Source: Lytechinus pictus
Taxonomy: Eukaryota
Assembly (NCBI RefSeq): GCF_037042905.1
Contig: NC_087245.1
Coordinates: 5,272,001 to 5,336,000, forward strand
Direction of reading: 5' to 3'
Length of the DNA stretch: 64,000 bases
The notes under the pieces were generated by a model. It was given only the letters and a program-made list of their open reading frames with translations. It was not told the origin of the DNA and searched no databases. Positions 60,177 to 64,000 of this stretch are shown here, piece by piece (within the stretch, counting starts at the first letter, position 1; the number at the start of each line of letters is the position of its first letter). The position numbers and the translations under genes were made by a program.

Positions 60177-63100
60177 ACCCAGAGTTGGATAAATCTTTTA
60201 ACCTATTCTTGTGTGGACAGTAATTATGTTGCCCAACAATTTAAGAGTGTATGTCAAAATCTATCACACAATTTTTTGTTTGAATAGAAACGATATTTTT
60301 GCTCGCTTGCATCTTTGTAGAAATGGCCTCCTCAAAATGTCTGCCTCACTAAGCTACTGTCACATAGAGTTAAACGTTGTTGTTTTTGGCGTTCATTCAG
60401 CAGAAAGACTTCAACGCAGACCTCTTATACTTTTCTTTTCACGCCCCTCGGAAGGAATGTTAATGTGGTACTGTTTGACTTGAAATGATACGTATCTTTT
60501 TTATGCAAGACATTTCAGCACATTTTGTAATCATCAACAAGAATCTCCGAGACATTTGCGTTAAATATCAATGATGAATTAATGTGACCTCGAAACACGA
60601 GCTGAAATTTATCTTACCTAAACATTAAGTCTTAGCATTATGGCGCCCTTAACTTGGTATTTCCACAATATTAGTAATTTAAGAGTGCGTCTGCCAATCG
60701 CAGTTTGTGGTATAAAAACAACTTTAATTGTGGCATGATATATGCAGGGCTACTACTGTATCTATTCTGCAATAGATGATCAGTTCAATAACATCATTCA
60801 CTTTGTAAAAAAATATAGGAATGGCCATAATAATGTATTTTAGAAATATAGGAAAGCCATAAAAAATGGTTAGCAATAGGGTACTACAGCCAGAAAATAT
60901 GAAGGAAAGAAAATGCGCCCCCCCCCCAAAAAAAAAAAAAAATAATAATAATAGTAATGGCACCTGCACCTGACCGTCTCATTTTTGTATTTTTTTATTC
61001 TCTATCTCTTTCTCTATATCTCTCATCTCTCTTTCTCCCTAAGTTTATGTTATTAAAAAATATATATATATAATTATTTGTATAAAAAGTAGTAAGACAA
61101 TACAGTAGCAATAGTGACTACGACGGCCCTTATAATTCCTCCATTCTATCACTACCCTCCCCCCACTTTCTCCCCTTCTTTTTTGTTCTTTTCATGACTT
61201 TAATAATCACGTATTGGTCGCCCCCATTGCCCGGTTGTACTGCCCCTGGTTCATTGTGAGGACAAAATTATTAAGATGCTCACTTGAAATAAAAATACGA
61301 AACTACTTCTTGCAGCCGGGACTTGCAGACAGTGGCGTACTGTGGGTCAAGGCTTGGGGGGAGCATGATCAGAAAAAATATTAAGCAGGAGAAGCGCACT
61401 CAATAGCCATGTACACTAACCTGTAAAGATACATTTCAAGGACTGATTTTTAGTCATGGATAGCATACGTTTCTCAAAAAATTATATCCCTTTTCCCCCT
61501 GTTTTTTTTTTGCCAACCGATGGGGGGCGGGAAGTGCCCCCTATCCCCCACCCGTAGTTACGCCACCGCTTGCAGAGTCAACATTAAAATAAAGCATACT
61601 TCCACTCAAAATAAGCATTTGGTATAGATATTCATATATGAATTATATGCACAGACAGTTCTTTAAAAAAATATTTTCAGATTCATTGAAACTAACTTAT
61701 CATCCCTCAGTCATTGTAATAAGAATTATGCCTAATTCATGTACAAATTGTCTTCTTCATACACAGATGAGTAAAGTTTGTCTTTAATGTGTGTGTAGAG
61801 ACAGACTATGGTAAATACACGTACTCAATAAACTTTCTCGAAATTTTACGATTATTGAATTCATTTTCTTCCGTTTATTTCATGGAGATATTTATCTCCA
61901 TGATTTAATACTGAATGTGTTAACACATCGATTCCTGCGATCGAGCTTCGCCCATCAGTTCAACATAAAACATGTACGACCTGAAATTTTGACACCAAAT
62001 TATGTTTGTTGCACACTGACTTTACACCTTAAACAGATACTCCAGGCTGAGAATATCATGATATGATCCTATGGATTTGATATGATAGCTGCAAAACTGA
62101 AAATTTCGTTGAAAGTGGATGATATAATGAAATTATTGCAATTTTCATTAATTACTATTTTTATTGTATGAAATCTTTCAAATGTAATTACTCTTACATT
62201 TTTATTCATTTTTATCTCCATTGTTAGATGCAAGTATAATCAAATTCATAGCAATACTTAATACTATGTTACATTATTAAAGCCACGAGTGAGGAGGAAG
62301 GAGATTACCGCCCCTAGCTTTAAAAAGGCGCACTGACGGCCTATACCAAAACTTAACCCTATCAAAATACATGTATAGCATCATTACACCACTTCAAGGA
62401 GCAGAATGTTGATTTCTGACGATGAAAGAGCAGATATCATTTGCAGACTCATTGCATATTCTTAATGACTGTTAGAAAGAAATAACGCGAAATTTCAAAA
62501 TGACATCATTCCGCCATTTTACATCCAATTTTGATTACATTTTCATTGCTTTGCTTGAATTATTTCACTTATTTTATTTTAATATATATGTTTAACCCGA
62601 GTGTCAATTTCATGAATTAGTGAGAATGAACGTGACTTACGTGAAGCAGAATAGATGGGGGTAAAATTAATACTTGAAAAAAAAAACATTCAAATTGAGG
62701 TAGGCCCTGTGGTCCGTCTCACTATTCTTAATTTTGCTTCCTTCAAATCCCTTCTATTCCACAATTTTGAAATTGGCTACCGAGAGTGTTAATTATGTTC
62801 ATAAAAATGTACAAGATATATTATAAAATGTCTCTTAATATTGCATATTTCATCAACGTTTTCATAAAACTGAGTTTTTAAAATACTGTTTTTTATTGCA
62901 ACAGAACAATCCAGGAGAACTTCTTTAGCAGTAGCTTGAATCCCCGGATCTGGATGTTTGGATATCACATATCATTTGTGCCTGACATGATGCATCACAC
63001 GGACCTGCGTCGTACTGGCGATGAAAAAACCTATAAAAGCAAAGACAAGATTGGAGTTATATGACTTTACTTCTTTGAAACTATGATCCATTTTATTAAA

Positions 63101-64000
63101 TAGATTTTCATTGTTGTTCCTTTCCCAATTAACGCAATGACCAAGGGAAACAAATTGTATACAATAAAGACCTGTCATTGGCGAAATGAGCCAAAAAAGG
63201 TACTATTTTTTTTTTTAGATTTTGACATAACATTCAGAAAACAATATCATATATCACCTCTCTTTCCCATTTCTCTTTTTTTTTTTTTTGGGGGGGGGGG
63301 CGCTTGCCCACACCCCGTCTGTACACCACTGATGTATCTTTGGTTTCAGCAAGTAATATTGACATGTAATCCGTTCATGGTTGAATTGTTATTATTATCA
63401 TAATGAATTTGATTCTATTATGATAAGTTATCCTCCTCATCATTATCATCATCATTATCATCGTTGTTATTATCCTTATTGCTGTTTTTGTTATTCCATG
63501 CCACCCATTAACGTCAGAGTGGATGCCTCTTGAATATTTATTACTGGGAAGAATATATCCCAAGAAACTAACATAATTCACACAGGATTTAACATTTTGA
63601 TCATGCATATTTACAAAATATTTATACAAATACGATAACTAGAAAATGTTCATTAAGAGCAAAGAAATCCAGTACGATTTCTTACTTTTTAATTGACATG
63701 AAATCACTCTTAAAACTTCGTGCCAAAAGTCACCATTGATTGATAAAAATTACTTTCAAATAGAGCACTGTCGCAAATGGCATGAACAACTCTATATGCT
63801 TTTTTCTCCCCCCCCCCTTCCACAATTCACCCCTTTCAAGCGATCTCTTTCATACCTGTAATATTGATTGAAAATCGTAGTATTTGACTTCATTTCATCG
63901 ACAACTCTGTTCCATTCACTGGGTTGCAATGATGTCATGTTAAAGGCATTCTGAAACAAACCAGTACAACTTGATAAACATATTTGTTCAGTTAAAACAT

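Larger units (their letters stand above)
55585..60249. mobile_element. CACTCTTAAA-terminated MITE, interrupted by a SINE tail and the LINE
   Basis: TA|CACTCTTAAAAATGTTGGGCAACA…TGTTGCCCAACAATTTAAGAGTG|TA. Removing the two inserts restores an element like 12551-12731 in the opposite orientation. Confidence 0.85.

Noticed and set aside
60600..60625. Minus-strand donor (AG|GTAAGA) as a 5' UTR exon of the CRAL-TRIO gene
   Set aside because: I found no convincing acceptor upstream of the ATG and no other support; it cannot be called without transcripts.

Overview
AT-rich, repeat-dense, intron-rich animal genomic DNA; the repeat families and gene architecture fit an invertebrate deuterostome such as a sea urchin (inference). 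Three spliced host genes were reconstructed by hand from GT-AG boundaries and reading frame. (1) The 3' part of an HS1BP3-like gene (+; exons 10347-10500 and 12217-12460, with a possible upstream exon at 6094-6144; no PX-domain exons were seen). (2) A complete 14-exon ADHFE1 (hydroxyacid-oxoacid transhydrogenase; +, 15070-40215, 479 aa). (3) A 4-coding-exon CRAL-TRIO / alpha-tocopherol-transfer-protein-like gene (-, 53726-49108, 286 aa). The only long ORF is ORF2 of a 5'-truncated Tx1/L1-group non-LTR retrotransposon (55851-60176, 7-bp TSD, one in-frame stop). It sits inside a small MITE that also took up a SINE tail and is itself nested in another repeat. The rest is a mosaic of non-autonomous elements: Helentron-type (HINE/Tsp-like) elements whose ~162-bp internal repeats each carry a dense cluster of nuclear-receptor half-sites, a 6-bp-TSD MITE family, Kolobok-like, piggyBac-like, Harbinger-like, Tc1-like and Crypton-like elements, tRNA-derived SINEs and L2/CR1 fragments. 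No prokaryotic features, CRISPR arrays, rRNA or convincing tRNA genes were found. Family names come from my recall of their hallmarks, not from database searches.
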